Below, one piece after another: positions 26,419-35,816 of a stretch of DNA of 64,000 nt. The notes beneath the pieces are model-generated. The model worked only from the letters and a program-made list of their open reading frames with translations, was not told the DNA's origin and searched no databases. The stretch lies in assembly GCA_012439925.1 (NCBI GenBank), contig GCA_012439925.1_4519.1; one strand, written 5' to 3'. Source of the stretch: a phage. Both the position numbers and the translations under genes were made by a program. Positions within the stretch are counted from its first letter, which is position 1, and each line of letters opens with the position of its first letter.

Positions 26419-26646
26419 ATGTTAAATCGTTGGATTAAACCTAATAACACATTAGGCGCTTTGATTGCACAAGAAGTTTCGCTGAAATACGGTCTTGGAT
26501 ATTATGATGACGTAGTCGTACACTCATTCATGATGGATGGTGAAGACGTCAAATTTAATGCCGAAATCCATTGGGATGATGGCGGTGTTCGTTTTGTTCG
26601 AGGAACAATTAATGCTTACGATGCTGAAGAAGTTATTTGTTGTTAA
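26419..26646 (+). CDS. Hypothetical protein
   Basis: ATG with AGAGGAG SD. Confidence 0.45.
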   Translation: MLNRWIKPNNTLGALIAQEVSLKYGLGYYDDVVVHSFMMDGEDVKFNAEIHWDDGGVRFVRGTINAYDAEEVICC

Positions 26647-26659
26647 ACCAGGCGAAGGT

Positions 26660-26848
26660 ATGATGCCTATTCCTGATACACATGAAAAAAGTTGGGAATA
26701 TATTGGTGACGGCATGATGGAAGAAGTTATTCGTCCTAAGTCTGCTTCAAACTCTTCAAGTTATAATCATTCTTACGTATCATCCTGGTCTGGAGATTCT
26801 GGTTCAAGTTATTCCGATTGTAGTTCGGACTCTGGGAGTTGTGATTAG
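26660..26848 (+). CDS. Hypothetical Ser-rich small protein
   Basis: ATG after GAAGG; the longer ORF-track form overlaps the upstream gene. Confidence 0.35.
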   Translation: MMPIPDTHEKSWEYIGDGMMEEVIRPKSASNSSSYNHSYVSSWSGDSGSSYSDCSSDSGSCD

Positions 26849-27026
26849 TGAACAGAATAGTAAAATGGTTTAAAAGCTGGAATGATGGAGTCGGACCAGA
26901 AGATTGGTTAGATGTTCTTGAAGAGAATATGGCTAAAGAATTCCAGAAACATGAAGAAAAGCTCGTCGAAGATGAAGGCGAACGTATTGTAAAACTTTAT
27001 ATGGGTGAACCATCGAGGAAATTATA

Positions 27027-27491
27027 ATGGATGCTATGTTATTTAAAATGTATTTGCTTGAAGCCAAGTCATTTAAACATATACCAGTAGAAGATAAGAC
27101 TCCACTAGAAATAGCTATTCTCATTAACAAAAGTCTAAATAATCCGCAATATATCGTAGAAGAATTCTGCAAATTGCAGATTCCTAAAGGTTACAAAATT
27201 CGTGTAGAGCGAGTTGGAGCTATTACTCGCTCTAAAAATTCTCCGTTTAGTCTTGAAGAAGGCATAAAGGATTTAGGGTACGAATCTACAGAAAATGCTG
27301 TTTATGTGAATCCTGAAAAGCGTTTAGACCTGTTTGAAAAGCGAGACCATACGTATTTTGCAAAAAAATACTTTATTACATCATTAGCAGATTTAATCCA
27401 TTTGCAACGAGCTATTTGGAAATTTTTTAAGACAAAAGGTGTAGCGCTAGAAACATTCTCTGAACCTGCTAGTTTTTATTTAGGTGAATAA
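27027..27491 (+). CDS. Hypothetical protein
   Basis: ATG ORF of 154 aa. Confidence 0.5.
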   Translation: MDAMLFKMYLLEAKSFKHIPVEDKTPLEIAILINKSLNNPQYIVEEFCKLQIPKGYKIRVERVGAITRSKNSPFSLEEGIKDLGYESTENAVYVNPEKRLDLFEKRDHTYFAKKYFITSLADLIHLQRAIWKFFKTKGVALETFSEPASFYLGE

Positions 27492-27492
27492 T

Positions 27493-27672
27493 ATGGACCT
27501 TATGAGTATGTTTGATGAGCCTGAAGTCAAGGCTCCTAAAGTGCATCGTAGTGAACTTGTTGATGAACTAGATAGTATTATACAACGACACGGCTTTAGT
27601 TTACCTGTTGAAGCCCTGAAAGACCTTGCCTCTTATTATGACGACCCTCCACCATGGAGTCCTTGGAAATGA
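27493..27672 (+). CDS. Hypothetical small protein
   Basis: ATG 2 nt after the previous stop (the ORF-track start at 27484 is GTG). Confidence 0.35.
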   Translation: MDLMSMFDEPEVKAPKVHRSELVDELDSIIQRHGFSLPVEALKDLASYYDDPPPWSPWK

Positions 27673-27832
27673 AAGAGAAATTTAAAGAGAAATTCTTACT
27701 AGAAATCAAGGAAAAAGACTTTGAGACATGGTATCGAATGGTGAAAGGGTTAACATTGCTTTTTAAAGCATCGTTATTCATGTTAGAACAACCTGGCCCA
27801 TCAGGGCCTTTAGTAGGAAAGCTTAAAAAGTA

Positions 27833-27870
27833 GTTTACATTCCCTCCTCTCGTGTTATGATAGGCTTATC
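27833..27870 (+). promoter_or_regulatory. Early promoter
   Basis: GTTTACA, 16 nt, TATGAT. Confidence 0.45.
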
Positions 27871-27888
27871 TTTAAATGGAGGTCTATC

Positions 27889-28470
27889 ATGACATGTCAA
27901 TCTGAACTTCAAGAACGCGAATATCTCGCAGCACTAATTGATGATAAATTCACTAAACAAGAACAAAACATTCTCTGGGCTTGCACTGATTATAAGGAAG
28001 ACCCAGATTTCCACTATGAATTAGACCATCTTGTTCGTAAGCATATGACTTCTACAGTACCAGTAGAACTCTACCGTGGTGTAACTCCAGAAGAAGTAGA
28101 ACGTCTTTCCCTTCTTTCTGTTGGATGTCATTGGTCTCCCGGACGAGTAACATCGTTTACAACAGACTTTGGTACGGCCAGACAGTTCTCTGGGAGTTGG
28201 GAATATCAAACGTACACTATTCTTAGTCTCAGGAATGCTCCGTTCATTTTCGATTACTACCAAAACATGGTTAACATTGTACTCGCCGGAAAGAACCCTA
28301 AGCATGTTATGGAAGAAAAACGTGTTGACGTCCTAGATATGATTGAATCTGAACAAGAATACATGGTCTCAGGTATCTCTAGATTTGAGATTGTAGAAAT
28401 TGAAGACTTAGAATATGACCCTTTATCTCGGTTATACAAAATCATTCATTTGAAAATGTTGAATTTTTAG
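27889..28470 (+). CDS. ADP-ribosyltransferase, ModA/ModB family (R-S-EXE)
   Basis: YRG (Arg), TSFTTDFGTARQF (S-T-S-like), EQEYMVSG (Q/E-x-E); 193 aa; tandem with a paralog. Confidence 0.55.
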   Translation: MTCQSELQEREYLAALIDDKFTKQEQNILWACTDYKEDPDFHYELDHLVRKHMTSTVPVELYRGVTPEEVERLSLLSVGCHWSPGRVTSFTTDFGTARQFSGSWEYQTYTILSLRNAPFIFDYYQNMVNIVLAGKNPKHVMEEKRVDVLDMIESEQEYMVSGISRFEIVEIEDLEYDPLSRLYKIIHLKMLNF

Positions 28471-28510
28471 TGTACAAACTCTTCCGATGATGATACTATA
28501 CCTTTATCAA
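28470..28510 (+). promoter_or_regulatory. Early promoter cassette
   Basis: GTGTACA ... TACTATACCTTTATCAA. Confidence 0.4.
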
Positions 28511-28527
28511 CCACAGGAGAAACCTAA

Positions 28528-29136
28528 ATGTTTATGCCGTATAACGAGTGTGAAATTGAAGAAATGGTTCGTCGTGCTCAATGCCCAGATTATCAAGATA
28601 TGCTTCAGTACAAAATCGATGAGCAATTCAGCGACATTGAACAAAGTGTACTATGGCAGTGTATGGAAAACAAGCCAGACTGTATTCAACAGGAGTTAAG
28701 TTCAATCGTTCGTAGAAATTGGACGTCTTCAGTTCCTGAGACAATGTATCGTGGAATCTCTAAGAAAACTATGGCCACACTCGACGATAAAGGCATTGGT
28801 AGTATTATTAAATTTGACAGAGTAATGAGCTTCAGTCCGGTGTTCAGTGTAGCACGTAACTTCGCTTCATATAATTTTTATGGAACATTTAATATGTTCT
28901 GCATCAAAGATGCACCATTTGCTTTCAACTTCCGTGAACATATGCTTAACATGATTCTGGCTGCGCCATCTTGTGAGTTCAATGGAGCTTTCCCTGAAGC
29001 GACAAGACGGTCTAATGCTAGACTTATATCTGACGAATGCGAATTTATGCTCCCTATAGGGACTACACTACGTGTAGATTCTATTATTCAAGATGGACGT
29101 TATACAATCTGGAATCTGTCTATTGTCAGTTACTGA
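28528..29136 (+). CDS. ADP-ribosyltransferase, ModA/ModB family (paralog)
   Basis: YRG, MSFSPVFSVARNF, ECEFMLPIG; 202 aa. Confidence 0.55.
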   Translation: MFMPYNECEIEEMVRRAQCPDYQDMLQYKIDEQFSDIEQSVLWQCMENKPDCIQQELSSIVRRNWTSSVPETMYRGISKKTMATLDDKGIGSIIKFDRVMSFSPVFSVARNFASYNFYGTFNMFCIKDAPFAFNFREHMLNMILAAPSCEFNGAFPEATRRSNARLISDECEFMLPIGTTLRVDSIIQDGRYTIWNLSIVSY

Positions 29137-29210
29137 CTGAATTGGAATAACCGGATGGAACTCAGAACCATTATAACACATAAAAAATTAAAGCATTTTA
29201 TGAAAAAAGA

Positions 29211-29250
29211 GTGTACACTACCTGAGGGCATGATATTATAGACCTATCAG
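29211..29250 (+). promoter_or_regulatory. Early promoter cassette
   Basis: GTGTACA ... TATTATAGACCTATCAG. Confidence 0.4.
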
Positions 29251-29289
29251 CTAAATGACCTTAACGTCCGTAAGACAGAGGAAAATATT

Positions 29290-30036
29290 ATGTTATCAAA
29301 TAATAAAATTAACAAAATCAATCGTCGTCTTGACCACACCAGAGCTTCTGCGAAGAGACGCTCTAAGGATTTTAACTTAGACTTTAATTACCTTAAAAAC
29401 ATTCTTGATCAAAAGGTCTGCGCTTACTCAGGTGAATCTTTCAATAACTCTGTTGAAGGTGAGAAATTATCCTTAGAACGTTTTAATAATGATATAGGCT
29501 ACATTAAAGGTAATGTTATCCCGGTTAAGAAAAAATATAACACTGCTCGTTCTGATTTAACATTAGAAGAACTTATTGGGAAACGCGATGCCATTGCAAG
29601 ACGTATCGCTAATCCTTCTGTCCGTAAAGTAGAGAAACTTAATCTCGACGAGAAGAAATGGGCCCAAATTAAAAAGGTTTATGATACTATTTTAAAAATC
29701 CGAGCAAAACGTGAAAATCGTGTTAAGCATATGGCGAACATGATGAAAAATCAACCTTTATCTAACGAATCTAAACTTAGAATTGTTGCTTTGAAAGCAC
29801 GCATTAATGGCTCACATCAAGCAGAAGGCCATGAACTTACTAAACTCAACGTTCTTCTTAAAGGCTCTGACTGGAAAACTAAAACTAAATTAACTGATGC
29901 TGAATCGCTTTTCGATACATATGATAAAGTTATCCAAGGTTTGCAACGTTTTGAAAAGATTGGTTTCATTGGTAAATTAAAATTGAAACGTGGCTTACCA
30001 CTTAGCGCATCATTATTCCAACTTATTAAAGGTTAA
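29290..30036 (+). CDS. Hypothetical protein (at the position of srd in T4)
   Basis: 248 aa, basic; synteny modA/modB - this gene - dda.1 - dda. Not verified as Srd. Confidence 0.5.
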   Translation: MLSNNKINKINRRLDHTRASAKRRSKDFNLDFNYLKNILDQKVCAYSGESFNNSVEGEKLSLERFNNDIGYIKGNVIPVKKKYNTARSDLTLEELIGKRDAIARRIANPSVRKVEKLNLDEKKWAQIKKVYDTILKIRAKRENRVKHMANMMKNQPLSNESKLRIVALKARINGSHQAEGHELTKLNVLLKGSDWKTKTKLTDAESLFDTYDKVIQGLQRFEKIGFIGKLKLKRGLPLSASLFQLIKG

Positions 30037-30038
30037 TT

Positions 30039-30350
30039 ATGGTTTATGTATATGCAATAGTTTATCGAGATATGGAAGGATTTACTGTCCCGGTTCCACT
30101 TGATGAGCATCGTCCTGCAGTATTTTTTAGAAAGGATATTGCAGATAAAGTTTTCGATACTTTGAAAACACAGTATAAAACAGATTTAAAAATGGGAGTT
30201 CTAAGAATGGTCGAAACTCCGCGTAAGTTCTGGTTTAATAAGCTTGAAATGAAACACGTTAAACTAGATGCGGAGACGCAAAGATTATATCAACGAATCC
30301 TGGACACAGGCCGTATTGTTAGTATTCCAATTGCAGGGACTTTACGATGA
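30039..30350 (+). CDS. Hypothetical protein (dda.1 position)
   Basis: ATG 2 nt after the previous stop; ATGA overlap with dda. Confidence 0.45.
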   Translation: MVYVYAIVYRDMEGFTVPVPLDEHRPAVFFRKDIADKVFDTLKTQYKTDLKMGVLRMVETPRKFWFNKLEMKHVKLDAETQRLYQRILDTGRIVSIPIAGTLR

Positions 30351-31660
30351 CATTTGATGATTTGACCGAAGGCCAGAAAAACGCCTTCAACGTTGTTATG
30401 AAAGCTATTAAAGAAAAGAAACATCACGTAACTATTAATGGGCCTGCCGGTACAGGTAAAACAACCCTTACTAGATTCATCGTTGAAGCCCTTATTTCTT
30501 CTGGAGAATCAGGTATTATTTTAGCAGCCCCTACACACGCTGCTAAAAAGGTTCTAAGCAAACTTGCAGGTCAAGAAGCATCGACTATTCATAGCATTCT
30601 TAAAATCAACCCAACTACATACGAAGAAAACGTGTTATTTGAACAGAAAAAGGTTCCCGACTTAGCCTTGTGTCGTGTACTGTTATTTGATGAAGCGTCA
30701 ATGTGCGACCGTCCTCTGTTTAAAATAATGTTAGCTAGTATCCCTAAATGGTGTACAGTAATTGGAATTGGCGACCGATGTCAGATTCGACCGGTAGACC
30801 CAGGCGAATCCACTGCGTATCTAAGTCCTTTCTTCACACACAAAGACTTCGTGCAATGCAACCTTACAGAAGTTAAACGTAGCAATGCGCCAATTATTGA
30901 TGTTGCGACTGATATTCGTAACGGCAAATGGATTTACGATAAAGTAGTTGATGGGCACGGTGTTCATGGATATACAGACCTTAAATCGTATATGATGAAC
31001 TATTTTAATGTCGTTAAAACTCCTGAAGACCTTTTCGAAAATCGAATGATGGCATTCACAAATAAGTCGGTGGACAAGTTAAATTCAATTATTCGCCGAA
31101 AACTTCTTGAAACAGAAAAACCATTTATTAAAGACGAAGTCATTGTTCTACAAGAGCCGTTTACCAAGACATATAAGCTAGATGGCAAAAATATGACCGA
31201 AATGCTTTTCAATAACGGGCAGTTCGTTCGTATTCGAGACGCTGTAGAAACGTCTACATTCGTTAAAGCACGTGGTGTTTCAGGCGAATATATGATACGA
31301 TACTGGAATCTTACAGTAGAAACATATGGCGATGATGAAGAATACGTCCGCGAAGATATAAAGGTTATTTCTTCTGAAGAAGAGCTTTATAAATTCAATT
31401 TGTTTTTGGCTAAGACCGCAGAAACATACAAATTCTGGAATAAAGGTGGTAAAGCTCCATGGAGCGAATTCTGGGATGCTAAACGTATGTTCACTAAGGT
31501 GAAGGCACTACCAGTATCAACCTTCCATAAGGCCCAGGGTATGTCTGTTGACACGGCCTTTGTTTATACACCGTGTATCCATTATGCCGATTCAGAATTA
31601 GCTAAACAGTTATTGTATGTCGGCACAACTCGTGGCCGGTTTGACGTCCATTTTATTTGA
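30347..31660 (+). CDS. dda: DNA helicase Dda (SF1)
   Basis: Walker A GPAGTGKTT, LLFDEASM Walker B; 437 aa. Confidence 0.85.
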   Translation: MTFDDLTEGQKNAFNVVMKAIKEKKHHVTINGPAGTGKTTLTRFIVEALISSGESGIILAAPTHAAKKVLSKLAGQEASTIHSILKINPTTYEENVLFEQKKVPDLALCRVLLFDEASMCDRPLFKIMLASIPKWCTVIGIGDRCQIRPVDPGESTAYLSPFFTHKDFVQCNLTEVKRSNAPIIDVATDIRNGKWIYDKVVDGHGVHGYTDLKSYMMNYFNVVKTPEDLFENRMMAFTNKSVDKLNSIIRRKLLETEKPFIKDEVIVLQEPFTKTYKLDGKNMTEMLFNNGQFVRIRDAVETSTFVKARGVSGEYMIRYWNLTVETYGDDEEYVREDIKVISSEEELYKFNLFLAKTAETYKFWNKGGKAPWSEFWDAKRMFTKVKALPVSTFHKAQGMSVDTAFVYTPCIHYADSELAKQLLYVGTTRGRFDVHFI

Positions 31661-31669
31661 GAGAAAATT

Positions 31670-32347
31670 ATGAGCACTGATGTTATTATAGATTTTGAAA
31701 CATTCGGCAATACATCAAAAGCGGCTGTTATTGACCTTGCGGTTATTGCATATAATTCCGACCCTGAAGTTGTTGAATCATTTGAAGAACTTGTTCAACG
31801 AGGTAAGCGAATTAAATTTAATTTAGCTTCTCAGAAAGGGAAGCGAGTTTTCGCTAAATCCACTATGAAATGGTGGAAAGAACAATCGGCTGAAGCGCGT
31901 AAAAACTTGGCTCCGTCTGAAGACGATGTCACTACGCTTGAAGGCATTAAAATCTTTTTAGATTATTGTCGAGCTAATAAAGTTGACCAATGGAAATCAC
32001 AGATGTGGTGCCGTGGTATGAGCTTTGACTTCCCGATCTTGGTCGATTTGATTCGTGACCTCTATCGTGATGAAGGTGTTCTTGAACCAGATATTGATAC
32101 TGATAAATTAGAACCGGTTAAATTCTGGGCTCAACGCGATATTCGTACGGCAATCGAAGCTTACTCGTTGACACGAGGATTAAGTATGTGTCCATTACCG
32201 ATGGGTACGCTGAAAGGATTCGTTGCCCATGATAGTATTCACGATTGTGCTAAAGATATTTTGATGTTAAAATATGCTCAGCGTTATGCGCTTGGCCTTG
32301 AAGATGTCCCTGAGAATCCTGACCCGATAAGTGTAAAACAGCGATAA
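31670..32347 (+). CDS. dexA: Exonuclease A DexA (DEDD family)
   Basis: IIDFETFG exo motif I and the conserved C-terminal HDSIHDCAKDILM; matches remembered T4 DexA. Confidence 0.8.
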   Translation: MSTDVIIDFETFGNTSKAAVIDLAVIAYNSDPEVVESFEELVQRGKRIKFNLASQKGKRVFAKSTMKWWKEQSAEARKNLAPSEDDVTTLEGIKIFLDYCRANKVDQWKSQMWCRGMSFDFPILVDLIRDLYRDEGVLEPDIDTDKLEPVKFWAQRDIRTAIEAYSLTRGLSMCPLPMGTLKGFVAHDSIHDCAKDILMLKYAQRYALGLEDVPENPDPISVKQR

Positions 32348-32352
32348 AATCA

Positions 32353-32392
32353 GTTTACAACCAAGGATGGTTGGAGTATAATCTTTCTATCT
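32353..32392 (+). promoter_or_regulatory. Early promoter
   Basis: GTTTACA, 17 nt, TATAAT. Confidence 0.55.
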
Positions 32393-32413
32393 TAACCAAA
32401 CAGGAAAAACATT

Positions 32414-32908
32414 ATGAATATCAATACTACGGCTACTTACATCCTGAAAGACGAAAAACAAATCAACTGGTACAGTGCTTCAGTGCGAGCTTACGAAAAG
32501 TTTTGTGAAATTTTAGGTGCCACTCAAGGCAATAGTTTCACTATTGTTAACTTCATCAAACAAGCTGAAGGCCCTTGGTTATTCTTAGAAATTAAAAATT
32601 CATATGGTACAATTTCTACTACCGCCCTTCCAAGCACAGACTTTGAACTGTTGATTGAAGAAGTAGAACCCGTTAAAGACATCTGTATTGATATGGATAT
32701 CGCTTGTATGTACGGTACTCTGATTAAGCCTATTGAGCCTACTGATTTGTTGTGTAAATATGTTTCAATTCGACGTCCGTTCGCAGGTCCAGTAAATGGA
32801 TGGGTAACTGACCAGTGGATTGAAGACGGTGTTGAACTTCTGAACGTTGTTCATGCAGGTGATTTTAGTGTAGTTCCACGTAGTGCTGTGGTTAATATCC
32901 TTAATTAA
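32414..32908 (+). CDS. Hypothetical protein, paralog family member 1
   Basis: Shares a C-terminal domain (GWVTDQWIEDGVELLNVVHAGDFSVV) with the next two genes. Confidence 0.5.
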   Translation: MNINTTATYILKDEKQINWYSASVRAYEKFCEILGATQGNSFTIVNFIKQAEGPWLFLEIKNSYGTISTTALPSTDFELLIEEVEPVKDICIDMDIACMYGTLIKPIEPTDLLCKYVSIRRPFAGPVNGWVTDQWIEDGVELLNVVHAGDFSVVPRSAVVNILN

Positions 32909-32950
32909 TGTTGTATATCCAAGGATGGATGGAGTATAATGAATTCAATT
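32909..32950 (+). promoter_or_regulatory. Early promoter (near-duplicate of the 32353 promoter)
   Basis: TTGTATATCCAAGGATGGATGGAGTATAAT versus GTTTACAACCAAGGATGGTTGGAGTATAAT. Confidence 0.45.
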
Positions 32951-32970
32951 TAAACAAAGAGAGAGAAATT

Positions 32971-33456
32971 ATGAATCTTGGTATTATTGGTGAAATCGTT
33001 CGCGTATCTAACAAATCTCGTTCTAAAGCCGCAGGAAAATTGGTCGAAGTTGTAAGTATTCAACTTAAAGAAGGCGTTAAAGATGAAGATTCTGAGGTAA
33101 AAGTTCGTATTATTCCTAGTTTTGGGACACAGGAAACCAAATTTGCTTATGTTCGTGCAAAGTTCTTGGAAACGCCTGTGAGTAGTGCTTTTGCTTCAAG
33201 AGAAAAAGTTGAATCCACAGAGCATAATGTACAGTTCAAATGGGCCCTTTGCAAAGGCGTTGAATTCCAGACTGATAAAGAATTTGACTTCATCGATGAA
33301 TACGGTTATCCAAGCAAAACTGATACTATGTGTGGCTTCATTAGTGACCAATGGGTTGAAGATGGTGAAAAGTTATACAATATCGTATTCTTAGGTGACT
33401 TCAGAGTTGTTAAAGAATCCGAAATCACTCGTTATGTGTCTCCTCGTAAAGCTTAA
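32971..33456 (+). CDS. Hypothetical protein, paralog family member 2
   Basis: Start placed after the internal promoter; GFISDQWVEDGEKLYNIVFLGDFRVV. Confidence 0.5.
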   Translation: MNLGIIGEIVRVSNKSRSKAAGKLVEVVSIQLKEGVKDEDSEVKVRIIPSFGTQETKFAYVRAKFLETPVSSAFASREKVESTEHNVQFKWALCKGVEFQTDKEFDFIDEYGYPSKTDTMCGFISDQWVEDGEKLYNIVFLGDFRVVKESEITRYVSPRKA

Positions 33457-33465
33457 GGAATTATT

Positions 33466-33885
33466 ATGAATATTGCAAATCTCTCTATTGGTGATTATGT
33501 ACACGTATCAGATGCTTCTCGCTCTAAAGTTGCTGGTAAGTTGGTTGAAGTTCTTTATGTAAGTGATCCGGTTTTTGGTCGCAATGAAGTTAAAGTTCGT
33601 GATGCTGATGGCAACATTGGTTATGTTAAAAGCCAATTCATTGAACCGGAAGAAAAATCGTTCAAATGGGGACTATGCAGATCAGTTTCTGTTGAAAAAG
33701 ACCATGAATTCACTATTGCTGCGGCAACTGATGGAACACCATGGAAAACTAAGCAAATCGCTGGATTTATTAGCGACCGTTGGGTAGAAGATGGTGTTAA
33801 GCTTTATAACATCGTTTTCGCTGGACAGTTCATGGTAGTTCCTGAATTCCAAATTAAAAAATATAGCCCGGCTGCTTTCGCATAA
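33466..33885 (+). CDS. Hypothetical protein, paralog family member 3
   Basis: GFISDRWVEDGVKLYNIVFAGQFMVV; the N-terminus is also similar to member 2. Confidence 0.5.
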   Translation: MNIANLSIGDYVHVSDASRSKVAGKLVEVLYVSDPVFGRNEVKVRDADGNIGYVKSQFIEPEEKSFKWGLCRSVSVEKDHEFTIAAATDGTPWKTKQIAGFISDRWVEDGVKLYNIVFAGQFMVVPEFQIKKYSPAAFA

Positions 33886-33888
33886 AGT

Positions 33889-33931
33889 TGTTTACTTCTC
33901 CTCTGGTTTTGATATTATAACCATATCAACC
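33889..33931 (+). promoter_or_regulatory. Early promoter cassette (PeSL-like)
   Basis: GTTTACTTCTCCTCTGGTTTTGATATTATAACCATATCAACCAGAGGAG; inverted repeat CCTCTGG/CCAGAGG flanks the -10; near-copy of the 20961 cassette. Confidence 0.55.
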
Positions 33932-33944
33932 AGAGGAGAATAAT

Positions 33945-34469
33945 ATGTTAGTTTACCGCGTAGAACGTAGTTTTTGTACTCAACGTGAATCATTACCAGG
34001 AATTGCCATCGAAGACGGTAAAGCCGTCAGAATTTGGGAAACCTCTTGGAATAAAGAACCTCGCTCACCTTACGGTTGGTCTGGCACTGACAACTCTGAA
34101 GAAACATGGGAGTTCCTTGATAAACATGGAATACTCTCAGGTAACTTCTACCATCACGGCGACAACTATAATGTCCCTAATCGTCCTACAGTAAATGAAG
34201 ACAAACTCCTTGAACAAAATATCTTAAGATACCATAGAATTGAGCACACATTTGAATTGAACAAAGATTGGGCTCAAGAGTTCTATTTTGGATTTGAAAG
34301 TGTTGACGCGGTTTATGCATGGTTTGATGACCAGGTGGATGTTGAACTCTTGAAAGCTAAAGGATACTACATCGCGGTCTATGAAGCACCTGATTTCATA
34401 CTCGGAAGTTGTCAATTAATGTTTAGACGTTCATTGGCAGAACAAGTTGATTTTATTTTGCTAAAATGA
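33945..34469 (+). CDS. Hypothetical protein
   Basis: ATG ORF of 174 aa. Confidence 0.5.
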   Translation: MLVYRVERSFCTQRESLPGIAIEDGKAVRIWETSWNKEPRSPYGWSGTDNSEETWEFLDKHGILSGNFYHHGDNYNVPNRPTVNEDKLLEQNILRYHRIEHTFELNKDWAQEFYFGFESVDAVYAWFDDQVDVELLKAKGYYIAVYEAPDFILGSCQLMFRRSLAEQVDFILLK

Positions 34470-34510
34470 TGTACAACAACTATGGTCTATGATACTATAG
34501 ACCTATCAAA
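34470..34510 (+). promoter_or_regulatory. Early promoter cassette (PeSL-like)
   Basis: TGTACAA ... TACTATAGACCTATCAA; inverted repeat GGTCTAT/ATAGACC. Confidence 0.45.
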
Positions 34511-34526
34511 ACAAGAGGAGAATATT

Positions 34527-34754
34527 ATGAAACGTCAAATCATTAAAAACGTAACTACTGATTCAAACATCGATGAGTTTGAAGATGTTCTGTTTAATCC
34601 TGATTTAGTTGTTGTACAGAAAAACTGGACCGAATTTTTATGCTACACCGAAGTGGTTTACGTTTACGAAAAACTTGGCGATGAAATGCCTATCTACGGT
34701 ATCTTCCGTGAAATCACTGAAAACGGTACAACTTATTGGAAGGAAACTTACTAA
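34527..34754 (+). CDS. Hypothetical protein
   Basis: ATG after AGAGGAG, downstream of the promoter. Confidence 0.45.
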   Translation: MKRQIIKNVTTDSNIDEFEDVLFNPDLVVVQKNWTEFLCYTEVVYVYEKLGDEMPIYGIFREITENGTTYWKETY

Positions 34755-35164
34755 TGGCTAATAAATTCCGCGTTAACTCATGGTACCAATTTAAAGATAA
34801 ACGTGCCCAAGAAGAGTTTATTAAGGACCACACCGATAATGGGATTTATGCACGACGTCTTGGCATGGAACCATTTAAAGTATTAGATGTTGACCATCTT
34901 GGTCGTCCTACTAAAATTGTGACATCTACTGGCATGGTTGGATACGCAACAGGCGGTGATATTCTTGATGAAAACTTTATCTGGCTCTCCACGAATGAAG
35001 CAGAGTTCTTTGACGAAGTTGGAAATCCATATCAAGCGTCTGAAGAGCAAGACTCTGGAGAACTTGATGAATTGTCTGAATTTCCGGTGATGACGATTAC
35101 TATCAAAAATAACGACCAGGCATGGTCGTTGTATCAAATGTTGAAAGCACATTTTAAGGAATAA
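34754..35164 (+). CDS. Hypothetical protein
   Basis: TAATG overlap with the previous gene. Confidence 0.45.
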   Translation: MANKFRVNSWYQFKDKRAQEEFIKDHTDNGIYARRLGMEPFKVLDVDHLGRPTKIVTSTGMVGYATGGDILDENFIWLSTNEAEFFDEVGNPYQASEEQDSGELDELSEFPVMTITIKNNDQAWSLYQMLKAHFKE

Positions 35165-35166
35165 TA

Positions 35167-35346
35167 ATGCCGTTATACGACTATAAATGCCAATCTGAAG
35201 ATTGTGGTCATGAATATGAAAAAATTAAAAGGATTTCTGAACGAGAAAACGATGTTTGCCCTGAATGTCATTGTCTGTCTACTCGTCGGGTTTCTGCTCC
35301 TAAACATGTGAACGGTGGTTTTTACGACTTACTTAAAAAGGGTTAA
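35167..35346 (+). CDS. Zinc-ribbon small protein (FmdB-like CxxC ... CxxC)
   Basis: MPLYDYKCQSEDCGHEYE ... CPECH; 59 aa; below the ORF-track cutoff. Confidence 0.45.
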   Translation: MPLYDYKCQSEDCGHEYEKIKRISERENDVCPECHCLSTRRVSAPKHVNGGFYDLLKKG

Positions 35347-35348
35347 TT

Positions 35349-35774
35349 ATGGCTTTTAAAGGTTTTGAAGTTGGTAAGAAATATCATATTATCAAAGGTC
35401 AAGAAGATAATTTCTTGAGAATTCTTAATACGACTGGTAAACGTCTTAATACTAATCTGCATACTACTTTATTGTCCAAAGATTTTATTGTGGAAGAGAT
35501 GATTGGTTACGGTGTTTCGGTTATTGCTGTAGAAGCCGTAGGCGATTATGGCCGAACTATTCATAGTATGCAAGGTGATATTCTGCTTTATGGTGCAGAA
35601 TTTAAATTCTTTGAAGAAGTTCAGGAACCAGATACAGCTGTCGATTTCAAAAAAGGCTCTATAGAATTTGTTGATGGTTCGGTGATCGTATCAGGCGATG
35701 TGGTCATTACAGTTAAAAGTGAACAAGGGCGTTTGGCTGCAATTGATGCACTTCAGAAAATTAAATTTAAATAA
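35349..35774 (+). CDS. Hypothetical protein
   Basis: ATG ORF of 141 aa ending at a terminator. Confidence 0.5.
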   Translation: MAFKGFEVGKKYHIIKGQEDNFLRILNTTGKRLNTNLHTTLLSKDFIVEEMIGYGVSVIAVEAVGDYGRTIHSMQGDILLYGAEFKFFEEVQEPDTAVDFKKGSIEFVDGSVIVSGDVVITVKSEQGRLAAIDALQKIKFK

Positions 35775-35791
35775 GGGCTTCGGCCCTTTTT
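35774..35791 (+). terminator. Terminator GGGC-TTCG-GCCC + T5
   Basis: Hairpin followed by TTTTT. Confidence 0.6.
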
Positions 35792-35816
35792 GCTTTAGAT
35801 TTCGGATGATAGAATA
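35789..35816 (+). promoter_or_regulatory. MotA-dependent middle promoter upstream of gene 39
   Basis: TGCTTTA, 12 nt, TAGAAT; the block CGGATGATAGAAT is identical to the one upstream of gene 47. Confidence 0.55.

Noticed and set aside
29290-30036. Possible HNH homing endonuclease (CAYSGESF ... ERFNNDIGYIKGNV)
   Set aside because: The catalytic His-His/Asn pattern of HNH nucleases is absent, and synteny fits the srd position of T4; retained as hypothetical.
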